Assembly (NCBI GenBank): GCA_963798845.1
Contig: CAWCUS010000006.1
Location: 192,001 to 256,000, forward strand
Source of the DNA: an uncultured Gemmatimonadales bacterium
GTDB taxonomy: Bacteria > Gemmatimonadota > Gemmatimonadetes > Longimicrobiales > RSA9
DNA length: 64,000 bases
Reading direction: 5' to 3'
This document shows positions 41,049 through 52,750 of the stretch, piece after piece. Position 1 is the first letter of the stretch. Each line of letters opens with the position of its first letter. Under the pieces are notes generated by a model. That model was not told where the DNA came from. It worked only from the letters and a program-made list of their open reading frames with translations, and made no database searches. A program made the translations under genes and the position numbers.

Positions 41049-43964
41049 CTAGACTCCCGCTGGCTCGTACTCCCGCACTGGCGGACACGCGCAGACCAGG
41101 TTCCGGTCGCCCACCGCCGACTGGATGCGGCCCACGGTCGGCCAGAACTTCTGGTCGCGGCCGGGCTTCGGGAACGCCGCCAGCTCGCGCGAGTACGGCC
41201 GGTCCCAGGCGCTGCTCACCACCATGTCGAGCGTGTGCGGCGCGCCGTGCAGCGGGTTGTGCTCCTGGTCCCATTCGCCGGACTCGATCTTCCGCATCTC
41301 TTCCCGGATGGCGAGCATCGCGTCGCAGAAGCGGTCGAGCTCCTCCTTGGACTCGCTTTCCGTCGGCTCCACCATGAGCGTGCCGGCCACCGGGAAGCTC
41401 ACCGTGGGCGCGTGGAAGCCGTAGTCCATGAGCCGCTTCGCTATGTCGATGGCGTCCACGCCCGTGGCGGCCTTGAGCGGGCGCGGATCGATGATGCACT
41501 CGTGCGCCACCGTGCCGTTCCGGCCCGTGTAGAGCACATCGAAGTGGCCCTCCAGCCGCTTTGCGACGTAGTTGGCGTTGAGGATGGCGACCTCCGTGGC
41601 CTTCTTCACGCCCTCCGCCCCCAGCATCCGGATGTACATCCAGGAGATGGGCAGGATGCTGGCGCTGCCGAACGGCGCTGCGCTGACCGCGCCGATGCCC
41701 TGATTCCCGCCCGTCTCCACCACCGGGTGCCCCGGAAGGAACGGCGCCAGGTGCTCCGCCACGCCGATCGGCCCCATCCCCGGGCCGCCGCCGCCGTGCG
41801 GAATCGCGAACGTCTTGTGCAGGTTCAGGTGCGCCACGTCGCCGCCCCAGTCGCCCGGCCGGCTCACCCCCACCATGGCATTCATGTTGGCGCCGTCGAT
41901 GTAGACCTGGCCCCCGTTTTCGTGGACGATCTGGCAGATCTCCCGGATCGCCGGCTCGAAGATCCCGTGCGTCGAGGGGTAGGTGACCATGATCGCCGCC
42001 AGACGGTCCCGGTGCTGTGTCGCCTTCTCGCGCAGGTCCTCCACGTCGATGTTCCCGTCGCCGTCCGTCTTCACCACGACGACTTCGAAGCCCGCCATGA
42101 CCGAGCTCGCCGGATTCGTCCCGTGCGCCGACTGCGGGATCAGGCAGACGTTCCGGCGCCCCTCTCCGCGCGACTCGTGGTAGCCCCTGATCACCAGCAG
42201 CCCGGTGAGCTCGCCCTGACTCCCCGCGTTCGGCATGAAGCTGACCGCGTGGAAGCCCGTGATCTCGGCCAGCCAGGCTCCCAGCTGGCCGATCATCTCC
42301 CGGTAGCCCAGCGCCTGGTCCGCCGGCACGAACGGGTGGAGCGACCCGAACTCCGGCCAGGTGATCGGATACATCTCCGCGGTGGCGTTCAGCTTGAGCG
42401 TGCACGACCCGAGTGGGATCATGCTCCCGGTCAGCGACAGGTCCCGGTTCTCCAGCCGCTTCAGGTACCGCAGCATCTCGTGCTCGGAGTGGAAGCGATG
42501 GAAGACGGGGTGCCTCAGGTAGGCGCTCGTGCGCTGGAAGGCGTCGGGGAAGTGGGGCGCCAGCTGCGGCGCCAGGTCGTCCATCCAGCCGCGCAGGGTC
42601 TCCCGGGCGACGACCTCGTCCTCGACGCCTGCGCCGAACGCCTCCACCACGTCCAGAAGGTCGTCCCGCGAAACCGTCTCGTCCAGCGACACACCGAGCG
42701 TGAACTGGTCCTCCACCCGCAGGTTGATCCCCTTCTCCCTCGCCGCTCTCAGGATCGCGTCCACTCGATCGTGGCCCACCTCCACACGCAGCGTGTCGAA
42801 GAACGGACGGTGGACGATGGTGTGCCCCAGCTTCTCCAGCATGTCCGCAAGCGCCGCGGTAAGTCGGTGGACACGCCCGGCAATGGCGCGCAGCCCGCCC
42901 GGGCCGTGGTACACGGCGTACATGGCCGCGATCACGGCCAGCAGCACCTGCGCCGTGCAGACGTTGCTCGTGGCCTTCTCGCGGCGGATGTGCTGCTCGC
43001 GCGTCTGGAGCGCCATGTAGTAGGCATCCTCGCCGCGGCTGTCCTTCGTCATCCCAATGATCCGGCCCGGCATCTGCCTCTTGTAGGCGTCCCTGGTGGC
43101 GAAGAACGCCGCGTGGGGGCCGCCAAAGCCCATGGGCACGCCGAAACGCTGCGTGTTCCCCACGACGACGTCGGCGCCCCACTCCCCGGGAGGGGTGAGC
43201 AGCGTCAATGCCAGAAGGTCCGACGCCGCGACCAGCAGCGCGCCCGCCTCGTGCACGCGCTCCGCCACTTCCCGGTAGTCCCGGACGGCGCCGTCGGCCG
43301 ACGGGTACTGGACCAGCATGCCGAACACGTCGTCGCCCATCTCCCACTCGTCCGGGCGACCCACCTCCACGGACCACCCGCGCGCGCGGGCGCGGGTCCG
43401 GACCACGTCCACCGTCTGCGGGAAGACGTCATCGGCCACCAGGAAGCGGCTCCGGTTTCCCTTCGCGGCAGCGTGGCAGAGCGCCATCGCCTCGGCCGCC
43501 GCGGTGCCTTCGTCCAGGAGCGAAGCGTTGGCCACCTCCAACCCGGCCAGGTCGCTGACCATGGTCTGATACACCATCAGCGCTTCGAGCCGCCCCTGCG
43601 AGATCTCCGCCTGGTATGGCGTGTACGCCGTGTACCAGCCCGGGTTCTCCAGGATGTTCCGCTGGATCACCGGCGGCGTGATGGTGCCGTAGTACCCCAT
43701 CCCGATGTAGGACCGGAACACGAGGTTCTTCGCGGCGATGGCGCGCAGCTCCTTCAGCGCCTCGTATTCCGAGCGCGGCGGGTCCACCTCGAGCGCACGG
43801 TCGAGCCGGATCGCTTCCGGCACCGCCGTCGCCACCAGCTGGTCGAGAGAGTCGTACCCCACCGTCTCCAGCATCTCCCCGATGTCGTTCTCCCGGGGGC
43901 CGATGTGACGGCGAATGAACAGGTCTGTAAAAGCCAGCGAGTGGCGTCGATCTGGGACGGGCAT
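41049..43964 (-). CDS. gcvP: Glycine dehydrogenase (decarboxylating), glycine cleavage P protein
   Basis: [59 protein letters not shown]; true start MPVPDRR at 43964. Confidence 0.97.
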   Translation of the reverse strand: MPVPDRRHSLAFTDLFIRRHIGPRENDIGEMLETVGYDSLDQLVATAVPEAIRLDRALEVDPPRSEYEALKELRAIAAKNLVFRSYIGMGYYGTITPPVIQRNILENPGWYTAYTPYQAEISQGRLEALMVYQTMVSDLAGLEVANASLLDEGTAAAEAMALCHAAAKGNRSRFLVADDVFPQTVDVVRTRARARGWSVEVGRPDEWEMGDDVFGMLVQYPSADGAVRDYREVAERVHEAGALLVAASDLLALTLLTPPGEWGADVVVGNTQRFGVPMGFGGPHAAFFATRDAYKRQMPGRIIGMTKDSRGEDAYYMALQTREQHIRREKATSNVCTAQVLLAVIAAMYAVYHGPGGLRAIAGRVHRLTAALADMLEKLGHTIVHRPFFDTLRVEVGHDRVDAILRAAREKGINLRVEDQFTLGVSLDETVSRDDLLDVVEAFGAGVEDEVVARETLRGWMDDLAPQLAPHFPDAFQRTSAYLRHPVFHRFHSEHEMLRYLKRLENRDLSLTGSMIPLGSCTLKLNATAEMYPITWPEFGSLHPFVPADQALGYREMIGQLGAWLAEITGFHAVSFMPNAGSQGELTGLLVIRGYHESRGEGRRNVCLIPQSAHGTNPASSVMAGFEVVVVKTDGDGNIDVEDLREKATQHRDRLAAIMVTYPSTHGIFEPAIREICQIVHENGGQVYIDGANMNAMVGVSRPGDWGGDVAHLNLHKTFAIPHGGGGPGMGPIGVAEHLAPFLPGHPVVETGGNQGIGAVSAAPFGSASILPISWMYIRMLGAEGVKKATEVAILNANYVAKRLEGHFDVLYTGRNGTVAHECIIDPRPLKAATGVDAIDIAKRLMDYGFHAPTVSFPVAGTLMVEPTESESKEELDRFCDAMLAIREEMRKIESGEWDQEHNPLHGAPHTLDMVVSSAWDRPYSRELAAFPKPGRDQKFWPTVGRIQSAVGDRNLVCACPPVREYEPAGV

Positions 43965-44112
43965 CGTTGCACTTTGATCTCGTGGGACCGCCGCCCACCC
44001 CCGGGCGGCAAAGCGTTGAATCATACAGCGGCGGCCGGAGCCGAGAAAGTCGGGGAGATCCCCACCTCCGCCCGGTTCACTCCCGTACGGAACCAGGCTC
44101 TGGCGCGCCGGC

Positions 44113-44521
44113 CGACCGCCGGAGCCCCGCCCGGGCATCGATCGGTCGGAAACCGGCACTGAACCCCCACAATCGACCGCCGGAGCCCCGCTGCGGCATC
44201 GGTCGGTCGGAAACCGGCACTGAACCCCCACAATCGACCGCCGGAGCCCCGCCGCGGCTCCGATCGGTCGGAAACCGGCACTGAACCCCCACAATCGACC
44301 GCCGGAGCGACGCCCGGGCATCGATCGGTCGGAAACCGGCCCTGAACCCCCACAATCGACCGCCGGAGCCCCGCTGCGGCTCCGATCGGTCGGAAACCGG
44401 CACTGAACCCCCACAATCGACCGCCGGAGCCCCGCCCGGGCATCGATCGGTCGGAAACCGGCACTGAACCCCCACAATCGACCGCCGGAGCCCCGCCGCG
44501 GCATCGGTCGGTCGGAAACCG
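44113..44521. repeat. Intergenic tandem repeat, 61-bp unit x about 6.7 copies, each a hairpin
   Basis: Units start at 44113, 44174, 44235, 44296, 44357, 44418, 44479; consensus CGACCGCCGGAGCCCCGCCCGGGCATCGATCGGTCGGAAACCGGCACTGAACCCCCACAAT. Confidence 0.97.
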
Positions 44522-44566
44522 CCGCACCCCGTGACCCGACGCCGCTGCGCCCCTATCTTCTCCGCC

Positions 44567-45040
44567 ATGGCCACCGCCGCCCGACGCCTCCAGTCCGCAT
44601 GGCGACGCCTTTCGCGCCTCCCCGGCGGACCGTGGCTGTTCGACCGCCTGCTGCGCCGCATGGTCCCCTACTCCGGGACGATACACCCCCGCGTCCTCTC
44701 GCTGGAGCCCGGGCGCGCCGTGGTCCGCCTCGAGGAGAGCCGGCGACTGCGGAACCACCTTCACTCCATCCACGCCATCGCCCTCGCCAACCTCGGCGAG
44801 CTCGCCAGTGGGCTCGCCATGACGCTGGCGCTCCCGCGTGACGTGCGCGGCATCCCGGTCCGCATCCAGATCGCGTACCTGAAGAAGGCGCGTGGCGCCA
44901 TCACGGCCACCGGCCGCGCCTCGCCGCCTGCCCGCGTGAAGGAAGACGTCGAGAGCGCGGCCACCGCCGAGATGCGGGACCAGGCCGGCGAGGTGGTGGC
45001 GCGGATCCGCGTGCACTGGCGACTGTCGCCGGCGCCATGA
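44567..45040 (+). CDS. Hot-dog fold thioesterase-like protein (DUF4442/YiiD/PaaI-like)
   Basis: VPYSGTI, RLRNHLHSIHAIALANLGE.ASGLA, IAYLKKARG. Confidence 0.85.
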   Translation: MATAARRLQSAWRRLSRLPGGPWLFDRLLRRMVPYSGTIHPRVLSLEPGRAVVRLEESRRLRNHLHSIHAIALANLGELASGLAMTLALPRDVRGIPVRIQIAYLKKARGAITATGRASPPARVKEDVESAATAEMRDQAGEVVARIRVHWRLSPAP

Positions 45041-46017
45041 ACCTGGAAACCCGGCTCACCGCCCACACGGGCATTGCCGTCCCGATCATCGGCGGCGCCA
45101 TGTACCCGTGCTCGAACCCGGAGCTGGTGGCGGCGGTGAGCGAGGCGGGCGGGATCGGCGTGGTCCAGCCGGTCTCGCTCACCTTCGTCCACGGCTACGA
45201 TTTCCGGGAAGGGCTGCGCTACATCCGGCGGCTGACCTCCAGCCCGATCGGCATGAACGCCCTGATCGAATCGTCGTCGCGGGCGTACGAGCGGCGAATG
45301 GAGGCGTGGGTGGACATCGCCCTCGAGGAGGGCGTCCGCTTCTTCGTCACGTCGCTGGGAAAGCCGAAGTGGGTGGTCGAGCGCGTGGAGGCCGCTGGCG
45401 GCGTCGTCTACCACGACGTGACCGAGCGGAAGTGGGCACTGAAGGGGCTCGACAGCGGTGTGCACGGCCTCATCGCCGTCAACCGCCGGGCGGGCGGGCA
45501 CGCCGGCCCGAAGTCGCCCGCGCAGCTCATGGACGAGCTAGGCGATCTCGGCGTCCCGCTGGTGTGCGCGGGCGGCGTCGGCACCCCGGAGGAGTTCGTG
45601 GAGGCGCTCCGGCTCGGCTACGACGGTGTGCAGATGGGCACGCGCTTCATCGCCACCGCGGAGTGCACCGCCGCGCAGCCGTACAAGCGGGCCATCCTCG
45701 ACTCCGACGAGGACGACATCGTTCTCACCGAGCGCGTGACGGGTGTCCCGCTCGCCGTCATCCGGACGCCCTACATCGAGCGGCTTGGAACGCGCGCCGG
45801 CCCGTTCGCGCGCTGGATGCTGCGCGGGCGCCGTCGCAAGAAGCTGATGCGCGCGCTCTACGCTCTCTGGTCCGGCTGGCGGCTGAAGCGATCCTCCTAC
45901 GACGAGAGCGGCCGCCACGACTTCTGGCAGGCGGGTCGGAGCGTGGCCGGGATCCACGAGATCCGTCCGGCGGGGGCGGTGGTCCGGGAGATGGCGGAGG
46001 CGGCGAGAACCGCCTGA
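45037..46017 (+). CDS. Nitronate monooxygenase / FabK-like FMN oxidoreductase
   Basis: PIIGGAMYPCSNPELVAAVSEAGGIG, AGGH, AGGVG, GVQMGTRFIAT; ATGA overlap with the thioesterase. Confidence 0.92.
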   Translation: MNLETRLTAHTGIAVPIIGGAMYPCSNPELVAAVSEAGGIGVVQPVSLTFVHGYDFREGLRYIRRLTSSPIGMNALIESSSRAYERRMEAWVDIALEEGVRFFVTSLGKPKWVVERVEAAGGVVYHDVTERKWALKGLDSGVHGLIAVNRRAGGHAGPKSPAQLMDELGDLGVPLVCAGGVGTPEEFVEALRLGYDGVQMGTRFIATAECTAAQPYKRAILDSDEDDIVLTERVTGVPLAVIRTPYIERLGTRAGPFARWMLRGRRRKKLMRALYALWSGWRLKRSSYDESGRHDFWQAGRSVAGIHEIRPAGAVVREMAEAARTA

Positions 46018-46047
46018 CCACCCCCGGACCTCGTCCGCCGGTGCAGA

Positions 46048-48150
46048 CTACCGCACCGCCGCGTGGACCGGGTGCTCCGCGCGCAGCCGCGCCAGCGATC
46101 CCTCCCAGTTCGCGCGCGGCTCCGCCAGGTCGCCCTTCACGTACAGGTCGTACCAGTCGAGGAAACGCTGGTAGCGGTCCTTGATGAAGGCGGGGTTCCG
46201 GAAGCCGTGGTGCTCGCCCGGATACACGACGAGCAACGCGGGCCGTCCCAGCCGCTTGAGCGCCTGGTACAGCTGCTCGGAGTTGAGGATCGGCACGTTC
46301 CAGTCGATGGAGCCGCCCATGATGAGCGTGGGCGTGGTGATGTTCTCCACCTTGTTGAACGGCGAGATCTTCTCCCAGTTCTCCGCCGTGGGCCCCCACG
46401 GCAGCCCCAGCTCCGCCTCCCACACGTGCTGGTAATGGTCGTGCCCGTAGTTGGACCGGTAGAGCACCTCGCTGGCGCCGGTGATCGCGCCCTCGAACCG
46501 GTCTGTGGACGTGATCACGTAGTTGGTCAGAATCCCGCCGTACGACCAGCCGCCGACGCCCATGTGATCCGGATCCGCGTAGCCCGTGGTGATGGCCTCG
46601 TCGAGGGCCGACATGACATCGGCCACCGGCTTCTCGCCCCAGTCGGCGAAGATCGCGGCGCTGAAGTCCTGGCCATAGCCGGAGGAGCCGCGCGGGTTGG
46701 CCCGCACGACCACGTAGCCGTTCGCCGCGAACAGCTGGCTGTCGAAGTCGAAGGACCAGTCGAACTGGGCCACGGGGCCGCCGTGGAGCTGGAGCAGAAC
46801 CGGGTAGCGGTGTCCCTCCTCGTAATCGGGCGGGAGTGTGACCCACCCCTCGATCTCCGTGCCGTCCGCCGAATGGGAGTGGATGTTCTCCACCGCGCCG
46901 AACGTGAGTCCGGCGATGAAGTCGTCGTTCGCGTGCGTCAGCCGTTCCGGACCCCGACCCCCAAGCTTGTAGACTTCGAACGGGTGCTGTGGGTCGCTGA
47001 TGAGCATGACGACGTCGCCTGACCGGCCGACGTCCGCGCTGGCCACCACCGACTCGCCGGCGACCACGCGCTCGAAGCCGCGGCCGTCGGCGCCGATCCG
47101 CGCCAGCTGCTGCGCGCCGCTGTCCTCGAGGTTGAACCAGATCCGCCCCTTCGAGTCGTACTCGGGGTCCGACACGTTCCGGTCCAGCTCCGGCGTCAGC
47201 ACCCGCGGCTCACCGCCGGCGGCGGGTATGACCGCCAGCTGGTTCACCGCGTACCAGATCAGGTCCGGCCGGGTGTCCGTGACGTACGCGATGGACTTTC
47301 CGTCCGCGCTCCATGCCGGCGACCCGTCCGCCCCCGGGTTCGTGGTCAGCTGCCGCGGCGCCGGCACGGCACCGTCGGCGCTCAGCGAGGAGGGAACGTC
47401 CACGATCCAGACGTCGGTGTTGTCGCTCGAGTCGGCCTGCGGCATCCGCTTGCTCACGAACGCCACGTGCCGCCCGTCCGGGCTCCACGCCGCCGCGCCG
47501 TCGTCGTAGTCGCCGTCCGTGATCTGCTGGAGCGTCTTGGACCCCGGGTCGTAGACGTAGTAGTGGTCTCGGAGTCGGTTCAGGTAGCCGACGTTGTCCT
47601 GTTTGAACTGGAGGCGATCGATGATGAACGGCTTCTTCTCGTCCTTCTCCTTCTCCTCTTTCGCGGCTGCCGAGTCTTCCGGCGTCGGCTCGGGGTCCGT
47701 GATGGACAGGAGGAGCCGCTTGCCGTCCGGGGACCAGAGGTAGCCGTTCACGCCCTGCTTCACCGACGTCAGCGGCTGCGCTTCGCCGCCCCGCCGGTCG
47801 AGCGCCCAGACCTGCGTCTTCTCGTCGTTGCGGGAGGCGGTGAATGTGAGCCAGCGGCCGTCCGGGCTGAAGCGTGGCGACCCTGCCGACATCCCCTCCA
47901 TCGTCATCGGCAGCGCGTCGCCGCCGGCCGTCGCCACCATCCAGACGCGGCTCTGGTTCCTGTCCTTTTCCAGGTCCGTCGTGCCGACGGTGTACGCCAC
48001 CCATTTCCCGTCGGGGCTCAGCTGCGGGCTGCCGACCCGTTGGAGCCGGAACCCGTCGTCTATCTCCATCTTCCGCGGCGCATCCTGCGCCGCCAGCCCG
48101 CCGGCGAGTGCCAGCACGAGAGTGACTCCGACACAGCAGATTCGCCTCAT
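46048..48150 (-). CDS. S9 (prolyl oligopeptidase / acylaminoacyl peptidase) family secreted peptidase
   Basis: Signal peptide, WSPDG propeller repeats, HGGP, NPRGSSGYG, nucleophile GWSYGG, YPGEHH. Confidence 0.94.
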   Translation of the reverse strand: MRRICCVGVTLVLALAGGLAAQDAPRKMEIDDGFRLQRVGSPQLSPDGKWVAYTVGTTDLEKDRNQSRVWMVATAGGDALPMTMEGMSAGSPRFSPDGRWLTFTASRNDEKTQVWALDRRGGEAQPLTSVKQGVNGYLWSPDGKRLLLSITDPEPTPEDSAAAKEEKEKDEKKPFIIDRLQFKQDNVGYLNRLRDHYYVYDPGSKTLQQITDGDYDDGAAAWSPDGRHVAFVSKRMPQADSSDNTDVWIVDVPSSLSADGAVPAPRQLTTNPGADGSPAWSADGKSIAYVTDTRPDLIWYAVNQLAVIPAAGGEPRVLTPELDRNVSDPEYDSKGRIWFNLEDSGAQQLARIGADGRGFERVVAGESVVASADVGRSGDVVMLISDPQHPFEVYKLGGRGPERLTHANDDFIAGLTFGAVENIHSHSADGTEIEGWVTLPPDYEEGHRYPVLLQLHGGPVAQFDWSFDFDSQLFAANGYVVVRANPRGSSGYGQDFSAAIFADWGEKPVADVMSALDEAITTGYADPDHMGVGGWSYGGILTNYVITSTDRFEGAITGASEVLYRSNYGHDHYQHVWEAELGLPWGPTAENWEKISPFNKVENITTPTLIMGGSIDWNVPILNSEQLYQALKRLGRPALLVVYPGEHHGFRNPAFIKDRYQRFLDWYDLYVKGDLAEPRANWEGSLARLRAEHPVHAAVR

Positions 48151-48304
48151 CGGTTTGCTCCGGTCCAAGAGAGATGCGGTCGGTATCCTGCGAGGGTACG
48201 ACGCCGCGGCCCGCTTCGCCAGCCGACCCCGGATTCCGCCGCGCGACGCTGCGCGCTACCCTATGTGCGGAAGACGGACCCCGCAGCCACCACGAAAACA
48301 GCCC

Positions 48305-48655
48305 ATGGACATCACACTCACCGGAACCGTCAAGCAGCTCCTGGACGTGCAATCGGGCACGAGTCGCAACGGCGAATGGCGGAAACAGGACTTCATCCTC
48401 GAGACCGAGGGCAAGTACCCGAAGCCCGTATGCATCACACAGTGGGGCGACGACATCGACACGTTCGCCCTCCGCACCGGTGAGCAGATCACCGCCCACG
48501 TCGACATCCAGAGTCGCGAGTACAACGGCCGCTGGTACACCGACGTGAAAGCCTGGAAGGTCACCAGGGAGGCCGACGCGGCCGGTGCTTCGCCGTCCCC
48601 GGCCGCGGACGAGCCCTGGCCCGGTGAGGCGCTGGAGGACGACCTGCCCTTCTAG
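48305..48655 (+). CDS. DUF3127 family OB-fold protein with SSB-type acidic tail
   Basis: GTS.NGEWRKQDFILET.GKYPK.VC...WGD, DIQSREYNGRWYTDVKAWK, C-terminal EDDLPF. Confidence 0.88.
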   Translation: MDITLTGTVKQLLDVQSGTSRNGEWRKQDFILETEGKYPKPVCITQWGDDIDTFALRTGEQITAHVDIQSREYNGRWYTDVKAWKVTREADAAGASPSPAADEPWPGEALEDDLPF

Positions 48656-48658
48656 GGG

Positions 48659-49311
48659 TCAGTCCTCGTCCTCGAACCCTTCCACCCCCTCCCGCACCAG
48701 CCACGGCACCATGAGCAGCGCCGCGAGGGGATCGGCCCACCACCACCCCAGCGCCGCGTTCAGCGCCAGGCCGAGGAGCAGGGTGAAGGAGAGATAGGAG
48801 CAGGCGAGCGTCTCCTTGGCCTCGGCGCGCAGCGCACCGCTCCCCAGCGCGGCGGCTGTGCGCAGCTTGGCCCACGCCAGCACCGGCATGATCACGAGCG
48901 ACGCGGCCGCGACGCCGATCCCCAACAGGCTCTTCTCTGCAGGCGCGCGGCCAAGCAGGTGTGAGCCGGCTTCGAAGAGGACGTAGACGGCCAGCAGGAA
49001 GAACGTCGCGCCCACCACCTTCCGAACGCGCGTTTCGGCGTCCTCCACCGCGTCGCGATCGCCGCCGACCCACTCGACGCGGAAGCGCCAGAGCACAACG
49101 AGCGCCGCCGCCAGCTCGATCACGCTGTCCAGGCCGAATCCCAGCAGCGCGATGCTGCCGGCGGACACGCCTGCCCACAGCGCCAGCCCCGCCTCGACCA
49201 CGTTGTACGCCGCCGTCCCCCACAGGAGCCAGAGCGCGCGCCGGACCAGGCGCGCGCCTTCGGCCGGTCCCGGGTGGGCCCGGCCGCTCGCGGGGGCCGC
49301 CGCGTCGCGGC

Positions 49312-49315
<4 letters not shown>
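48659..49315 (-). CDS. Cation diffusion facilitator-like transporter (short CDF lacking cytoplasmic domain)
   Basis: YNVVEA, GSIALLGFGLDSVIE, ALRAEAKET.AC.YLS, WWWADP; probable TTG start overlapping the decarboxylase stop. Confidence 0.85.
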
Positions 49316-50885
<1,570 letters not shown>

Positions 50886-50889
<4 letters not shown>

Positions 50890-51422
50890 GACTTCAGCCG
50901 GTCCGCGAACCTGGTCCGCAGCTTCGCGACCTTCGGCGCGATCACCACCCGGCAGTACGGCTGGCCGGGGTTCCGGTCGTAGTAGTCGCGGTGGTAGTCT
51001 TCGGCCGCCCAGAACCGCTCCAGCGGCTCCACCGCCGTGACGATCGGCCCGCCGAACACGTCCCCGGCTTCCAGCTCCGCGATCACGGATTCGGCCGTCT
51101 CGCGCTGCGCTTCCGACTCGTACAGGATGATCGACCGATACTGGGTCCCGACGTCGTTCCCCTGACGGTTCGGCGTCGTGGGGTCGTGCGTGGCGAAGAA
51201 CACTTCCAGCAGATCCCGGAACGAGATCCTGTCCGGGTCGAAGACGACGCGCGCGACCTCGGCGTGGCCGGTTTCGCCTGTACAGACCTGCTGGTACGTC
51301 GGCGATTCCGCGTGTCCGCCCGCATACCCCGGCGACACCGACTCCACTCCCTCCAGCCGCTGCAGCACCGCCTCGACGCACCAGAAGCATCCGCCGCCCA
51401 GCGTCGCGGTTTCGCGACTCAT
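50886..51422 (-). CDS. msrA: Peptide methionine sulfoxide reductase A
   Basis: GGGCFWC, GYAGG, TGHAEV, HDPTT.NRQGNDVGTQYRS, AEDYH.DYY..NP..PYC. Confidence 0.97.
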
Positions 51423-51700
51423 GGGCGGGGAGCCGTCGAGGACTCGCGGCCGTGTTCCAGCAGCCGCTCCGACCATTCCTGCCGCTCCGCCAGACGCGCC
51501 ACCTGGCCCTGAAGCTCCGACACCAGACGACGCAGCTCCTCCGCTTCCTCCGTCGGCAACGCGCCCACGCGACGCTCCTCCAGCCGCATCTCCAGCAGCT
51601 TGCCCAGCCGCTTCGTCAACGGGAACGTCAGGATGAACCCGCCCACGATCAGCGCGAGCAGGAGCGAGAACACCATTCCGGCCACCGCCGTCATGTCCAT
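51419..51700 (-). CDS. Small single-pass membrane protein with coiled-coil C-terminus (PspB-like pattern)
   Basis: MDMTAVAGMVFSLLLALIVGGFILTFP..ELQGQVARLAERQEWSERLLE; ATGA overlap with msrA. Confidence 0.75.
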   Translation of the reverse strand: MDMTAVAGMVFSLLLALIVGGFILTFPLTKRLGKLLEMRLEERRVGALPTEEAEELRRLVSELQGQVARLAERQEWSERLLEHGRESSTAPRP

Positions 51701-51741
51701 GGGATTCCCCCCTGGGAGGATGTGCATCGCGAGCCCGCAGC

Positions 51742-52010
51742 CCGAGCCCCCCTGCGAGGCCGCAGGCCCGAGCCCCCCTGCGAGGCCGCAGGCCCGAGCC
51801 CCTCTGCGAGGCCGCAAGGCCCGAGCCCCTCTGCGAGGCCGCAGGCCGAGCCCCTCTGCGAGGCCGCAGGCCGAGCCCCTCTGCGAGGCCGCAGGCCGAG
51901 CCCCTCTGCGAGGCCGCAAGGCCGAGCCCCTCTGCGAGGCCGCAGGCCGAGCCCCTCTGCGAGGCCGCAGGCCGAGCCCCTCTGCGAGGCCGCAGGCCGA
52001 GCCCCTCTGC
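51742..52010. repeat. Intergenic tandem repeat, 25-27-bp unit x about 10.5 copies
   Basis: Consensus CCGAGCCCCTCTGCGAGGCCGCAGG; units at 51742, 51768, 51794, 51821, 51846, 51871, 51896, 51922, 51947, 51972, 51997 (partial); each contains the mini-hairpin CTGCG-aggc-CGCAG. Confidence 0.97.
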
Positions 52011-52039
52011 ACGGGGCGCCGCCAAGCGGCGCCCCGTGC
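52009..52039 (-). terminator. Perfect 14-bp hairpin just 3' of the hydrolase gene (terminator-like, no U-tract)
   Basis: GCACGGGGCGCCGC-caa-GCGGCGCCCCGTGC. Confidence 0.55.
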
Positions 52040-52044
52040 CCTAC

Positions 52045-52734
52045 TCAGAAGTTGTAGCTGTCACCCGGATCCAGGATCACCACCTCGGCCCGGCCGCCCA
52101 CCTTCTCCCGAAACTCGTTGGGGTCCTGCTCGATCGGCTCCCAGGTGGAGTAGTGCATCGGGATCACCACCTTCGGCTCGATCATCTCGACCGCCCTCGC
52201 CGCGTCGTCGGGGCCCATCGTGAAGTTGTCGCCGATGGGGAGCAGCGCGACGTCCACCTTTCCCTTCAGCAGCTGCATGTCCATGATCAGCGCGGTGTCG
52301 CCCGCGTGGTACAGCCGCTTGCCACCGTTCAGGTCGAGCCACCACCCGCCCGGCACCGTGGTGAACGCCCCTTCCTCGTCGCCGTCCACCTGCCCGCCGT
52401 GCAGCGCTGGGGTCATCTTCGCGTAGCCGAATGCGAAATGGTTCCCGCCCCCAATGTGGAGCGCGTGCACGTTCTCGAGCCCCTGCTCCTGGCAGAAGCC
52501 GATGATCTCGAACGTCGAGATCAGCGTGGCCCCTGTCTTTTTGGCGAGCGGGATCGCGTCCTGAAAATGGTCGAAGTGCCCGTGGCTCACCAGGATGAAA
52601 TCGAGCGTCTCCACGTCGGCGACGCGGATGTCCGACTTCGGGTTCTCGTCCAGGAACGGATCGAACATGATCCGATGTCCCTGGTCGGTCTCGAGCGTGA
52701 ATGTCGAATGTCCGTGCCAGGTCAGGCGAGCCAT
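52045..52734 (-). CDS. Metal-dependent hydrolase, metallo-beta-lactamase fold (UPF0173-like)
   Basis: LTWHGHS, DPFL, SHGHFDH, YHAGDT, LPIGDNFTMGP, IPMHY. Confidence 0.92.
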   Translation of the reverse strand: MARLTWHGHSTFTLETDQGHRIMFDPFLDENPKSDIRVADVETLDFILVSHGHFDHFQDAIPLAKKTGATLISTFEIIGFCQEQGLENVHALHIGGGNHFAFGYAKMTPALHGGQVDGDEEGAFTTVPGGWWLDLNGGKRLYHAGDTALIMDMQLLKGKVDVALLPIGDNFTMGPDDAARAVEMIEPKVVIPMHYSTWEPIEQDPNEFREKVGGRAEVVILDPGDSYNF

Positions 52735-52750
52735 GGCACCCTCCGCGTGG

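Noticed and set aside
43965..44112. Glycine riboswitch upstream of gcvP
   Set aside because: I could not find the GGAGA/CCGAAG/CUCAGG aptamer motifs on the - strand; only a short GCCGCCC/GGGCGGC hairpin is present. An Rfam scan would settle it.
43965..44504. Repetitive 180-aa N-terminal extension of GcvP in the ORF track (likewise the extensions of msrA and the small gene across 51742-52025)
   Set aside because: These are artefacts of stop-free tandem repeats; family-typical starts lie downstream (43964, 51422, 51700).
44113..44521. CRISPR or other guide-RNA (TIGR-like) array interpretation of the 61-bp repeat
   Set aside because: The variable segments are only 16 nt, highly similar to each other and reuse the same alleles (units 1 and 6 are identical). 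No cas or Nop-domain gene is in the window.
51742..52010. CRISPR interpretation of the 25-bp repeat
   Set aside because: The units are head-to-tail with no spacers.
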